From Deltaproteobacteria bacterium (lineage in GTDB: Bacteria; Myxococcota; Kuafuiibacteriia; Kuafuiibacteriales; Kuafuiibacteriaceae), in NCBI GenBank assembly GCA_040218735.1, contig JAVJQW010000062.1, positions 64,001 through 128,000 on the forward strand: DNA of 64,000 bases, read 5' to 3'. How positions within the stretch are numbered: position 1 is the stretch's first letter; each line of letters begins with the position of its first letter. Below, piece after piece: positions 39,892-50,092 of this stretch. The notes below the pieces were generated by a model. The model did not search any database, was not told the origin of the DNA, and saw only the letters and a list, made by a program, of their open reading frames with translations. Made by a program: the position numbers and the translations under genes.

Positions 39892-41247
39892 TCAGAAGAT
39901 CATGCGGACGCCGGTGCGGAGGCCGATGACCGTGTCTTGTCCGCCCGTGGCGATGCGCGTCGCGTCGGCCGCGGGATCCAGCGACAGCGTGTACGAGAGG
40001 TACTCGCCCATCAGAACGACGCCGACGCGCGACGTGACGCTGTACCGCAGGCCCGCGGACAGCTCGAGGCCACGCGCGGATCCGTTCGGGAAGTAACCCG
40101 GGGCGAGGATCGGCCCGCCCGAGAGCACCGGCAGGAACGCCGCGGTCACCACGAGCGTCGTCTTCTCCACCACCACGGCTTCGACGTCACCGCCGAGGAA
40201 CGCGCTGACGTATGCGACGTTGGGCAGCTCGAGCTCGGGGACGCCGGAGCTGGACGCGTCGAGCGAGAAGCGCATGACGTGGAGGCCGACGCTCGGCGAC
40301 ACCATCACCGGCACACTCGCCGGCACGCGGATCCGATATCCGAGCCGCGCCTCGACACGGTCGTGCGTCGCGTCGTGTGACGGGCCACCGTCGGGGCGAC
40401 GCGCGCTGATGAACGCGGCGCGTGCGAAGCGGACCCGGGCGAAGAGCGGGTCGAGCCAACGCTTGCCGAGCGAGCGGAGGAAGAACGCCCGCACCGCGAT
40501 CCCGGGCACCGGCATGGCACCGATGTCGAACGCGCGGAGGTTGTCCGTCTGCACACCCTCGAAACCCAACGCCCGCCGGTGCAGCCCCAGCTCCAGCGTC
40601 GCCTCGACCAGCAGCTTGCGCCTCGCCCGCTGGGGAGGCGGTGGCGGAGGCGGCGGTGTGATCGTCGCGGTCGCCGTTGGCGACGACTTCGCGGGCGGAG
40701 GCGGCGGAGGCGGTGGAGGCGGCGGCGGCTCGACCTCGGGCTCGAGCTCGTCGATCGGATCGGGATCCGGCGGAGGGGGCGGCGGCGGTGGTGGTGGTGG
40801 AGGCGGCGGCGCCGCGGCGATCAGCTCGGGGCGATCGATGCTGCGACGAATCCACGTGCGCACCAGCCCCGTGGTGCGTCGGCCGAGCCGACAGCCCCCG
40901 CGGGTGTGGATCTTCTCGAGGCCGACGAGGGCGCGGGTCTTCACGTCGTAGGCCTGCAGGACGATGCCGCGCCCGAGGACGTTGCCGAGCACGATGATGT
41001 CGGCCGCGAGCTCGCCCTGCCTCGACTCCAGCCACTTCGCGAGCGCCTCGAACGTCTTGAAGGACGCCCCGGTCTTCACCTCGGTCCACGGGACGACCTG
41101 GAGCTTCTCGGTGGCGATGACCTCCTCGATGCGCCGCGCACACTCCGGGCCGGTGCGCCCCATGAACGGCGACACCGCGACGCGCGGCGCAGCGGTGGCC
41201 TCGGGGGCCGCGAAGAGCACGGTCGTGACGACGAGGGCGAGCCGCAT
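39892..41247 (-). CDS. Outer-membrane beta-barrel protein with periplasmic domain and polyproline linker
   Basis: Signal peptide, poly-P tracts, amphipathic strands, terminal Phe (GVRMIF). Confidence 0.7.
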   Translation of the reverse strand: MRLALVVTTVLFAAPEATAAPRVAVSPFMGRTGPECARRIEEVIATEKLQVVPWTEVKTGASFKTFEALAKWLESRQGELAADIIVLGNVLGRGIVLQAYDVKTRALVGLEKIHTRGGCRLGRRTTGLVRTWIRRSIDRPELIAAAPPPPPPPPPPPPPPDPDPIDELEPEVEPPPPPPPPPPPPAKSSPTATATITPPPPPPPPQRARRKLLVEATLELGLHRRALGFEGVQTDNLRAFDIGAMPVPGIAVRAFFLRSLGKRWLDPLFARVRFARAAFISARRPDGGPSHDATHDRVEARLGYRIRVPASVPVMVSPSVGLHVMRFSLDASSSGVPELELPNVAYVSAFLGGDVEAVVVEKTTLVVTAAFLPVLSGGPILAPGYFPNGSARGLELSAGLRYSVTSRVGVVLMGEYLSYTLSLDPAADATRIATGGQDTVIGLRTGVRMIF

Positions 41248-41289
41248 CGAAGAACGCGCGGACCCTAGCACGGACCTACATCGAACGCG

Positions 41290-43218
41290 TCAGTCGCAGG
41301 CGATGATCTCGACGACCGGGTCGCGCGCGACGCCGGCCCAGCTCGCGCCGGACGCCGACGAGACGTTCACCACATCGTCGGTGCCGTTGTTCTGGTAGAT
41401 GAGCGCGTCCGAGTCGTCGCCGGTGAGCGCGGGGCACCCGGCGGCCGCGTACGCGGAGGCGACGCGGTCCGAGTCGACGAGCGCGCCGATGTCCGCGATC
41501 GGGATGTCGGCGGAGACGTTCCCGGCGTCGGGCTCGAGCACCGGGTTCGGCATCGACCACACCTGGGAGAACCACGTGACCGTGAGCGCCTGCATCGTCG
41601 TCGGATTCAGGAAGCCGAACTGAAGCCGGACGCTGTAACTCGCGGCGCGGTCGATCCGGATCGTGCCGTCGGCGTCGAGCCCGAGCGCAAACACCGAGAC
41701 CAGCACGGCGTTCGGATCCTCCATCGCCGCGACCGCGATCGCCTCGTCGAGCCGCTGGCGCATCGTCACCGCGTCGAACTCGCCGGTTCCTCCGACCGTG
41801 AAGATCCGCGCCGGCATCTCGTACGACCCCGACGTCCCGATGCAGCGGTAGTCCGCGTTCACCTTCAGGTCGTCGCCGCCGAACGGGACGGTGACGACGT
41901 CGGGCTGGAGCCGGTTGCCGACCGCGTCCTCGACGATCGCGACGAGCACGTACGTGTTGTCGGGCAACGTCGTGAGATCGACCGTGAAGGTCGCCGGGCT
42001 CGTGTTCGCGACGCCGAGCTCCGTCGCCCCGCCGTACGAGTACGTGCCCTGCGCGTTGCGCGGCATCGCGACCAACCGGATGGAGCCGATGCCCGCGGGC
42101 GCCGTCGCCTCCACCGTCACCTGCGAGACCGCGCTCGGGTTCGGGATCTCGGCGGGCTCGAACCGCGTGATCTGAGGGACGGCCAACGCGAGCGTGTAGC
42201 TCGCGGTCATCATCGTCGCGTTGAGCTCGGTGTCCTTCGCGGTCATCGCGACCGTGGTCGGCCCGGGCTCGAGCCCCTCGAGCGCCGCCGGGAGGTTGAG
42301 CGCTGTCGTCTCCCAGTGCCCGGGGCTCGTCTCCATCGCGTAGACCTGCGCGTCGCCGGAGGGCGTCGCGTCCTCGAGGATCACTTCGAACGACGTGACC
42401 CCCGACGCGTCGGCGATGTCCGCGCCGATCGTCGTGTGGCAGCCGACCATCGAGCCATCCGCCGGCGTGAGGTTCGTGATCTCGGGCCCGAGCTGATCGT
42501 CGATCGGGCACGTCGCGGGGTTGCAGTCGCTGTCGATCGTGTCCGTGCAGTCGTCCGTCGCGCCGGGGAAGATCGTCGCGTCGCGGTCGGCGCAGTCCAT
42601 GCCCGCTTGGCCGTACGGCAGGTCCGGTCGAGGGACGCCGTCCCCGTCGCAGTCTTCGTGGCTGCCGTCCGGCACGATCGTGAACGCGTCCGTCGACGCC
42701 GCGGGTGTGCAGTCGTCCCCGTCGATGACGCCGTCCCCGTCGGAGTCCGGGTTCGTCGGGTCGGCGGACCAGAGGATCTCGTCCAACATCCCGAGCCCGT
42801 CCTGGTCGAGATCACCACCGTCTTCGGGGCGGCCGATCGTGTCGAGCGGGCGAGAGAACACCGGCGACGCAGAGTTGCCGGCGCTCACCGTGAAGGCGTT
42901 CGACGTCCACCGCCCGAGGAACACGCGCTCGCCGCCCGCCGTCGGGACCCCGCGAAAGACGACCTCCAACGTGTACTCACCCGGTCCGGCGTCGACGAAC
43001 CCGGAGAACGTCACGCCGTCGTCGCCGCGCGAGAGCTCGACGCCCTCCCCCGGCGCACCACCGCGCGCCACGAGGTGCGCCGTCGCCGAGAGATCGCCGA
43101 CGGCCGTCAGCGCGCGGACCAGTCGTCCCGGAGCCGGCATCGTCGTCGTGCGCTCCTCGAACGGCGCGCACGTCACCAACGTGCACAACGCAATGGGGAG
43201 CGCACGTCGCACGCTCAT
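41290..43218 (-). CDS. Lipoprotein with DxDxDG Ca-binding, MopE-like motif and Ig-like domains
   Basis: LVTC lipobox, DLDQDG, DSDGDG, DCADRDATIFPGA..C..IDSDC. ATG overlaps the upstream stop. Confidence 0.75.
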   Translation of the reverse strand: MSVRRALPIALCTLVTCAPFEERTTTMPAPGRLVRALTAVGDLSATAHLVARGGAPGEGVELSRGDDGVTFSGFVDAGPGEYTLEVVFRGVPTAGGERVFLGRWTSNAFTVSAGNSASPVFSRPLDTIGRPEDGGDLDQDGLGMLDEILWSADPTNPDSDGDGVIDGDDCTPAASTDAFTIVPDGSHEDCDGDGVPRPDLPYGQAGMDCADRDATIFPGATDDCTDTIDSDCNPATCPIDDQLGPEITNLTPADGSMVGCHTTIGADIADASGVTSFEVILEDATPSGDAQVYAMETSPGHWETTALNLPAALEGLEPGPTTVAMTAKDTELNATMMTASYTLALAVPQITRFEPAEIPNPSAVSQVTVEATAPAGIGSIRLVAMPRNAQGTYSYGGATELGVANTSPATFTVDLTTLPDNTYVLVAIVEDAVGNRLQPDVVTVPFGGDDLKVNADYRCIGTSGSYEMPARIFTVGGTGEFDAVTMRQRLDEAIAVAAMEDPNAVLVSVFALGLDADGTIRIDRAASYSVRLQFGFLNPTTMQALTVTWFSQVWSMPNPVLEPDAGNVSADIPIADIGALVDSDRVASAYAAAGCPALTGDDSDALIYQNNGTDDVVNVSSASGASWAGVARDPVVEIIACD

Positions 43219-44066
43219 CGACCTCCGGTGAAGGCGGCGTCGGCGTCGACCGCGACGTTCACGCCGGTCGCGCCGGGTGTGCCGCCGTCGTCGCGACCGA
43301 GCAGATAGGCGGTCCCCACCGCCGCGCCCGCGACGCCGACGGCGGTCGCCGTCCAGAACCACCACGTGGCGTAGAACGGGCTCGACGGCTTGTCCTGCAA
43401 GTCCACGGGGACCGCGGTGACCTTGTCGGTCTTCACGACGACCCACCGTTCGAACGGCAGATGATCCTCGGACGCCACGCGCACGCGACGTGCGCCGACC
43501 GGGATCTTCGACATCTGGCCCGCGGGGGCCGTGCCGCGGATCTCGTCGTCGACGAAGATGCGGCTGCCGTCCTCGGCGCCGGTCACCTCGAGGGAGCCGA
43601 ACAGCGGCGCCTTGGAGAACAGGCGGTCCACCAACGGATCGACGAGCTCCAGGAGCCCGATCGACTCCCCGCCCCAGCGGTCGCTGACGGTGCCGAGCGG
43701 GACGGCGCGCCGCGCATCGACGCTGTTGATCGAGAGCGCGAAGCCCTCTTCGATCTTCGCGACGCGCCCCTTCACGAGGACGTCCGCGCCGAGCATCCCG
43801 CCGATCTCCGCGAGGCAGGAGTCGTCGTCACAGCCGAGGAGCTGCTTTTCGGACTCCTTCTCCAGGAGCGCGCGGATGTCGTCCGGCGAGATGGTCGTGA
43901 CGCCGTCGCGTTTCGCGATGACCTCCGCGAGGCGCGCCGTCATCTGGCGGCCGATGACCGGATCGGCGCCGCCTTCGACGGTCACTTCCAGGATCGCGAT
44001 CTTCTGACCCGCGCTCACGGGCGCGGCGACGAACATGAAGGCGGCGGCGACGAAGAGAGTACGCAA
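43215..44066 (-). CDS. PEGA domain protein
   Basis: Signal peptide, GCDDDSCLAEIGGMLGAD domain, GSLEV..GSRIFVDD..G.AP PEGA, hydrophobic WWFW tail. Confidence 0.8.
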   Translation of the reverse strand: MRTLFVAAAFMFVAAPVSAGQKIAILEVTVEGGADPVIGRQMTARLAEVIAKRDGVTTISPDDIRALLEKESEKQLLGCDDDSCLAEIGGMLGADVLVKGRVAKIEEGFALSINSVDARRAVPLGTVSDRWGGESIGLLELVDPLVDRLFSKAPLFGSLEVTGAEDGSRIFVDDEIRGTAPAGQMSKIPVGARRVRVASEDHLPFERWVVVKTDKVTAVPVDLQDKPSSPFYATWWFWTATAVGVAGAAVGTAYLLGRDDGGTPGATGVNVAVDADAAFTGGR

Positions 44067-44095
44067 CGCCGCGTCAGGTTAACGCGATGTGTAGC

Positions 44096-45361
44096 CTACG
44101 GACAGGGCTCCTCCGGGTCGTACTCGAAGTGCGCGTGGATCTGATAGTAGCTGCAAGACTGCGCCCCCGCTTTGTTGCGGACGCGCACTTTGACCTGCCG
44201 CGAGTCGTCGCCGCCGCAGGTGCCGCCCCACTTCACCCCCATCACGTAGGAGTTTGCGCTCGGCACCCAGCGCGACGCGGTGCTGCAGATCAGGTTGTCC
44301 GGTCCGACCGCGGTGCAGTTGTCGGTGACCGCGACGCAGACCTCGTAGTCCTCTTCGTTCGCGGCGCCCGACAGCTCAAGCTGCACGACGAGCACGAAGG
44401 CACACTGGCTCGAGCCCGGGAAACACGCGCCGTGGCTCGTCTCCTCCGCGCGGAACCGGTACCAGTCCTCGTCGCCGATCGGATAGATCGTCGGGTACGT
44501 CTGCAGGTTCGCGGGGTCGGAGACGTTGAGCGAGATCCACCCGCCGCCGTCGACCGCGTTCGGCAGGGACGTCGCGCCACCGCAGGTGTTCGAGCCCTCG
44601 AAGGGGTCGTCGTCCCAGCCCACGCCGGTCGCGATGTTCCAGTCCGCGCGCCCGTCGCAGTCGTCGTCGATGCCGTTGCAGGTCTCGGCCACCGGATCGA
44701 TCGCGCCGTCGCAGACCAGGCTCCACTGCCCCTGGCCATCACACGTGAGCGTGCCGGAGCGGCAGGCGCCTTCGTCGATGCCGCAGGTCTGTGTGTCGTT
44801 CGGCGTGCACTGGCAGCCTTCGTCGATGTTGCCGTCGCAGTTGTCGTCGACACCGTTGGTGCAGATCTCCATCGGCTCGGGTCCGATCTCTCCGAAGCAC
44901 TCTTGGTTGAGCACGCCGTCGACACACTGCTGGATGCCGGCGCGGCAGGCGCCGACGTCGGTGCCGCAAGGTTGCGTCATGCCGTGGATGCACTCGCAGC
45001 CCTCGTCGATCTCGTCGTTGCAGTTGTCGTCGATGCCGTTGCAGACCTCTTCCTTCGGCGCGGCCGCGACGCACTCGCCCCACGCGCCGTTTTCGCAGGT
45101 CTGCAGCCCGCCGCCGCAGCCGAGGTCGCAGGCCTGGCGCAGGATGCCGCCGTCATCGCCCTCGTCGACGTCGCCGTCGCAGTCGTCGTCGATGTTGTTG
45201 CAGAGCTCGAGGCCCATGGTGGCCTCGTTCGTCTGGCAGCCCGGCGGCGGGGGCGGCGGGATGAACGTGCTGTCGTCGTCGTCGACCGCCGGATTACAGG
45301 CCGCGGCGAAGAGGATGCCGCAGACCCAGAGCGCTGAACCAAGTAGGGCTTGTCGCGACAT
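44096..45361 (-). CDS. Cys-rich lipoprotein with four MopE-type putative metal-binding repeats
   Basis: FAAAC lipobox; ExCNxxDDxCxxxxD(E)-like motif four times; C-terminal PPC-like DEDWY domain. Confidence 0.82.
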   Translation of the reverse strand: MSRQALLGSALWVCGILFAAACNPAVDDDDSTFIPPPPPPGCQTNEATMGLELCNNIDDDCDGDVDEGDDGGILRQACDLGCGGGLQTCENGAWGECVAAAPKEEVCNGIDDNCNDEIDEGCECIHGMTQPCGTDVGACRAGIQQCVDGVLNQECFGEIGPEPMEICTNGVDDNCDGNIDEGCQCTPNDTQTCGIDEGACRSGTLTCDGQGQWSLVCDGAIDPVAETCNGIDDDCDGRADWNIATGVGWDDDPFEGSNTCGGATSLPNAVDGGGWISLNVSDPANLQTYPTIYPIGDEDWYRFRAEETSHGACFPGSSQCAFVLVVQLELSGAANEEDYEVCVAVTDNCTAVGPDNLICSTASRWVPSANSYVMGVKWGGTCGGDDSRQVKVRVRNKAGAQSCSYYQIHAHFEYDPEEPCP

Positions 45362-45499
45362 GCACCTACACTGAACGTCCGGGCGCGGCCGGTTCATCGG
45401 ACGAACGCCCGAGAGGGCATCGGCGTAGCCCGCATCCCTCGACCGACGGTCGGATCCGACCTCCACCCGACCGTCCGGTCCAGGACGTAGGATTTCTTC

Positions 45500-48400
45500 G
45501 TGGTGGTGCAGCGCGGCCCCTCCGAGCGTCCCTCGTCGTTCGTCTCGGCGCGGTTCTCCCTTGAGCGACGCCTCGGCGCGGGCTCCGTCGGGGTCGTCTA
45601 TCTCGCCTACGATCACGTGCGAAAGGGCTCTGTCGCGCTCAAGACGCTCCGAACGATCGCGCCGCTGCCGCTGTTTCGGTTCAAACAAGAGTTCCGCGCG
45701 CTCACCGACGTCGTTCATCCCAACCTCGTCCAACTCTACGAGCTCATCTGCGAAGACGGTCACTGGTTCTTCACGATGGAGGCCATCCGTGGCGTCGACT
45801 TCGTCACCTACTGTCAGCATAACCCAGACCGGACGCGCGACGCCGTCGTGCAGCTCGTCCGCGGCGTGGCCGCGCTCCACGACGCAGGACGCCTGCACCG
45901 CGACATCAAGCCAAGCAACATCATCGTGACGCCGTCCGGGCGGGTCGTCGTGCTCGACTTCGGCCTCGTCACCGACGTCGACGGCTTCGAGCTCGGCGGC
46001 CGCCAGCGGGTGTGCGGCAGCGCGGGCTACATGTCGCCCGAACAATCGAGCGCGGGACCGCTGACCTTCGCGAGTGATCTGTACGCGGTCGGGTCGGTGC
46101 TGTTCGAAGCCCTCACCGGCCGCCTCCCCTTCGAAGGCACCGTCGAGGACGTCATGGCGATGAAGCGGCGACGCGACGGCCCCTCGCCGAGCGAATTCGT
46201 CACGGATGTCGACCCCACCCTGGATCGCCTCGCCGCCGATCTACTCAAACGAACGCCGGAGGATCGCCCCGGCGAGACCAGCGTCCTGCACCGGCTCGCC
46301 GCGGAGACGATCGACGGCGCGCGACCCGAGCGCGGACGCACCGCCCCGCCGAGCGCGCCGATCCTCGCCGCACGGGAACCGACCTTCGTGGGCCGCGACG
46401 CGCCGCTCGCCCAGCTCCGCGACGCGTTCGATCGTTCGAGCGCGGGGCCCCAGGTCGTCGTCGTTCGCGGCGAATCCGGCGTCGGCAAGAGCGCGCTCGT
46501 CACGCAGTTCCTCGGCCAGCTCGACGCCACCGTGCTCGCGGGCCGGTGTTACGAGCGCGAGTCCGTCCCCTTCAAGGCGATCGACCCCCTCGTCGACGCG
46601 CTGTGCCACCAGCTGATCCTCGCGGGCGCCGTCGATCCCCAAGCGCTCTGCCCCGAGACCGCGGCGCTCGTCGAGGTGTTCCCGGTGCTGAGGCGGTCCC
46701 CGGTGATCGACCGCTGGGTCGACGCCCACGCGAGCCCTGAAGATCCGCGCCAGCTCCGCCTCGACGCGTTCGTCGCGCTCCGCGCGCTGCTCGGCGCGAT
46801 CGCTCGCCCGCGACGCCTCGTGCTCTACGTCGAAGACGCCCACTGGGCCGACGCCGACAGCGCCGCCGCGCTCGCCGCGATCCTCCGCGGTGTCGACGCG
46901 CCCCCGCTCCTGCTCGTGGTGTGCGGCCGCGACGACGAACGGATCGACGGCCTCGTCACCCGCCTCGCCCGCAGCGCCCAGACCATCCGGCTCGACCGCC
47001 TCGAGCCGCACCACGCCGAGGCCCTCGCCCACGCGATGCTCGTCGACGCCGACGTCGCGCCCGACGCCGCACGGTCCCGCGCGGCCGCGATCGCGAGGGA
47101 GGCCGGCGGTCACCCCTTGCTCGTCGAAGAGCTCACGCGTCACGCCATCGAGGAGGCACTCGTCGACGGCGCGGATCTCGCGCTCGAAGCCGTCCTCGCG
47201 CGACGCATCCACCGCCTCGAAGCCGAGGACCGCCGAATCCTGGAGGTCGTCGCGGTGGCCGGGCAGCCGCTCGAACGTGTGATCGCGCTGCGCGCCGCCG
47301 ACGTCGCCAAGTCCGAACGCCACCGCGTCCCCCGCCTGTTCAACGCGCGGCTCCTCGAACGCGCCGGCACGACGGTCGAGTGTGTTCGCACCGCGCACGA
47401 CCGCATCCGTGAGCACGTCGTCCGGCACCTCACGCCGGAGCGACGCCGGTCGATCCACCGTAGACTCGCCGCGGAGCTCGGTCGGATCGACGCCGCCCCG
47501 GAGACGATCGCGGCGCACCACGTCGAGGCCGGTCGCCCCGACCTCGCGGTGGAGCTGTTCGTGCTCGCGGGGCGCAGCGCGTTCGCCGCGTACGCGTTCG
47601 ACCACGCCGCGCAGCTCTTCGCGCGCGCGTTGACGATAACGCCGGACGACGGCGCGCTGCTTCGGCGACGCGCGGACGCGCTGGCGAACGCCGGCCGGGG
47701 CGCGGAGGCGGGCCGCACCTACCTCGCGGCGGCCGAGCGGCTGGGCCCTCGCGACGCCCTCACGTGTCGGCGCTGCGCCGCCGAGCAGCTCCTGCGGTCC
47801 GGTCACGTCGACGAAGGCATCGCGCTGCTCGAGACGGGACTGCGCACCATCGACGCCCCGGTTCCGCAGCGCGATACGAGCGCGGTGTTGTCGCTGGTCC
47901 GGCGCCGCGCCCGTCTGCTCCTACGCGGGACCCACTTCGTGGAGCGCGGGGTGCGCGACGTCGAGAAGGACACGCGGCTCGCGATCGACATGCTGTGGGC
48001 CGGCGCGCTCGGCCTCGCGCTGGTCGACGTGGTGCGCGCCTACGACTACTCCACCGCGCACCTGCTCGCGGCGCTGGACGCGGGGGAGCCGTACCGCGTC
48101 GCGCGCGCGCTCGCCGGCGAAGCGCTCAACTCGGCCGCGGGTGGCTCGGCGACGCGTCGGCGAACGCGGCGTCTGCTGCGCGACGCGGATCGGCTCGCCG
48201 AGCGCATCGACCACCCGCACGCGAAGGGCCTCGTGCTGTTGGCGAGCGGGATGTCGCAGAGCCTCGTCGGGCACTGGCGCGCGTCGCTCGATCCCTACGC
48301 GCGGGCGATCGCGATGTTCGAGCGACGCTGCTCGGGTGTCGCGTGGGAGCGCGACACCGTCGAGCACATGCGGCTGTGGGCGTACGCGTATCTCGGGGAC

Positions 48401-49099
48401 CTCGACGCGATGCGCGAGCGCATCCCGAAGCTCGTGCACGACGCCAAGGAGCGCGGCGACCGCTACGCCGTGTCGCTGTTCACGGGCGGCCTCGCCAACC
48501 TCGTCTTCCTCGCGGACGACGATCCCGACGGAGCGCGGCGCGGCGTCGTCGAAGGGATGCGCCCGTGGTCGACGCACGGCTTCCACCTGCAGCACTACAA
48601 CCAGCTGTTGGCGGCGGCGCACGTCGACCTCTACGAGGGCCGCGCGCTCCGGGCGCACCACAACGTCAGCGAGACGTGGCCGCATCTGATGCGCTCGCAC
48701 CTGTTGTCGGTCGAGCAGATCCGCGTCGAAGCGTGGCACCTCCGTGGCCGGGTCGCGCTCGCCGCCGCGAAGGAAGCGACGGACCCGACGCCCTACCTCG
48801 CCATCGCGACCAAGGCGGTGCGGCGGCTCGAAAAGGAGCGCGTCGCGTGGAGCCGCCCGCTCGCGCGGTTGATCGAGGCCGGGCTCGCCGAGCAGCGCGG
48901 CGCGCTCGACGCGGCCTACACCGCCTACGCCGACGCGATCTGCCGACTCGACGATCAGGACATGGCCTTGCTGGCAAACGCGGCGCGGCGCCGGTTGGGG
49001 ACCTGCGTCGGCGACGGACACACCCGCGACGCGGATGCATGGTTTTCGGCGGCGAGGGTGCGCAAACCTGCGGCGTTTGCGGGCATCTTCGTCCCGTGA
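45500..49099 (+). CDS. Ser/Thr kinase-AAA/STAND NTPase-helical repeat protein
   Basis: GAGSVG, VALK, HRDIKPSN, DFG; Walker A GESGVGKS; Walker B LYVEDAHWAD; GHPL motif. Confidence 0.9.
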   Translation: MVVQRGPSERPSSFVSARFSLERRLGAGSVGVVYLAYDHVRKGSVALKTLRTIAPLPLFRFKQEFRALTDVVHPNLVQLYELICEDGHWFFTMEAIRGVDFVTYCQHNPDRTRDAVVQLVRGVAALHDAGRLHRDIKPSNIIVTPSGRVVVLDFGLVTDVDGFELGGRQRVCGSAGYMSPEQSSAGPLTFASDLYAVGSVLFEALTGRLPFEGTVEDVMAMKRRRDGPSPSEFVTDVDPTLDRLAADLLKRTPEDRPGETSVLHRLAAETIDGARPERGRTAPPSAPILAAREPTFVGRDAPLAQLRDAFDRSSAGPQVVVVRGESGVGKSALVTQFLGQLDATVLAGRCYERESVPFKAIDPLVDALCHQLILAGAVDPQALCPETAALVEVFPVLRRSPVIDRWVDAHASPEDPRQLRLDAFVALRALLGAIARPRRLVLYVEDAHWADADSAAALAAILRGVDAPPLLLVVCGRDDERIDGLVTRLARSAQTIRLDRLEPHHAEALAHAMLVDADVAPDAARSRAAAIAREAGGHPLLVEELTRHAIEEALVDGADLALEAVLARRIHRLEAEDRRILEVVAVAGQPLERVIALRAADVAKSERHRVPRLFNARLLERAGTTVECVRTAHDRIREHVVRHLTPERRRSIHRRLAAELGRIDAAPETIAAHHVEAGRPDLAVELFVLAGRSAFAAYAFDHAAQLFARALTITPDDGALLRRRADALANAGRGAEAGRTYLAAAERLGPRDALTCRRCAAEQLLRSGHVDEGIALLETGLRTIDAPVPQRDTSAVLSLVRRRARLLLRGTHFVERGVRDVEKDTRLAIDMLWAGALGLALVDVVRAYDYSTAHLLAALDAGEPYRVARALAGEALNSAAGGSATRRRTRRLLRDADRLAERIDHPHAKGLVLLASGMSQSLVGHWRASLDPYARAIAMFERRCSGVAWERDTVEHMRLWAYAYLGDLDAMRERIPKLVHDAKERGDRYAVSLFTGGLANLVFLADDDPDGARRGVVEGMRPWSTHGFHLQHYNQLLAAAHVDLYEGRALRAHHNVSETWPHLMRSHLLSVEQIRVEAWHLRGRVALAAAKEATDPTPYLAIATKAVRRLEKERVAWSRPLARLIEAGLAEQRGALDAAYTAYADAICRLDDQDMALLANAARRRLGTCVGDGHTRDADAWFSAARVRKPAAFAGIFVP

Positions 49100-49134
49100 C
49101 GTGACCCCCGGCGAGGGCCTACGATTCAGGGGGC

Positions 49135-50088
49135 GTGGAGGCGACGAAGCGAGATCCGGCGTTCGGGCCGTACCTCCTCGAGCGGCGCATCGCCACCCGT
49201 CGACGCATCGAGCTGTACCGCGCGACCGCGATCGGCACCGACGGCCGCCCGAAGCCGGTGGCGCTGAGACGCACGGGGTCCCTCGACGACGGCGTCCACG
49301 ACCGCTTCCTCGCGGGCGCGATGAACTACGCCGTGGTGCACCACAGCTCGATCGCCGAAGTCGTGGACCTCGGGACGATCGACGGGCGCAGCTACATCGT
49401 CACGGACTTCGTCGATGGGCGTGACCTCCTCAAGGTGCTCGCGCGCTGCGCGCAGGTGCGGCTCGGCTTCCCGACGGACGTGGCGCTGCACGTGTTGGAT
49501 CGTGTCCTCGCCGCGCTGCAGGCCGCGCACGACACCAAGGACCGCGAGGGGCGCTCCGTTCCGATAGTGCACGGCGACCTGTGCCACTCGAACGTGCTGC
49601 TCACGGACGAGGGGGACGTCGCGGTGACGGACTTCTCGATGGGCATCGCGAGCACGCGACGCCGCACGACGTCGGGGCTCCATCAGGGCGCCAAGAACCG
49701 GTTCACCTGCTACGCGAGCCCGGAGCAGCTGCGCGGCGAGACCGCAACGGAGCGGTCCGACGTTTTCATGGCCGGCATCCTCCTGTACGAGCTGGTGACC
49801 GGTCGGGTGCTGTTCAAGGGGCGTGACGACGAGGACCTCGTCGAGCTGATCGCGAGCGAGCGCTTCGAGGTGCCGCTAGAACGGCACCGGGCGGATCTGC
49901 ACCCTCGCCTCGCGCGGATCGTGCACACGGCGCTGGCGGCGGATCCCGCGCATCGCTTCGCGTCGGCGCGCGCGTTCTCGGAGGCGATCGCGGGGCTACT
50001 GGACAGCGTGCAGGCGAGCGTGGATCGGCGGTTCCTCGCGCAGCTGATGCGGCGCCTGTTCGACGCCGGCGCCGCGGCGTCGGCGTAG
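49135..50088 (+). CDS. Ser/Thr kinase-like protein (probable pseudokinase)
   Basis: Gly loop lost, VALR, HGDLCHSN, DFS, YASPEQ, SDVF. Confidence 0.8.
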   Translation: MEATKRDPAFGPYLLERRIATRRRIELYRATAIGTDGRPKPVALRRTGSLDDGVHDRFLAGAMNYAVVHHSSIAEVVDLGTIDGRSYIVTDFVDGRDLLKVLARCAQVRLGFPTDVALHVLDRVLAALQAAHDTKDREGRSVPIVHGDLCHSNVLLTDEGDVAVTDFSMGIASTRRRTTSGLHQGAKNRFTCYASPEQLRGETATERSDVFMAGILLYELVTGRVLFKGRDDEDLVELIASERFEVPLERHRADLHPRLARIVHTALAADPAHRFASARAFSEAIAGLLDSVQASVDRRFLAQLMRRLFDAGAAASA

Positions 50089-50092
50089 CGCG

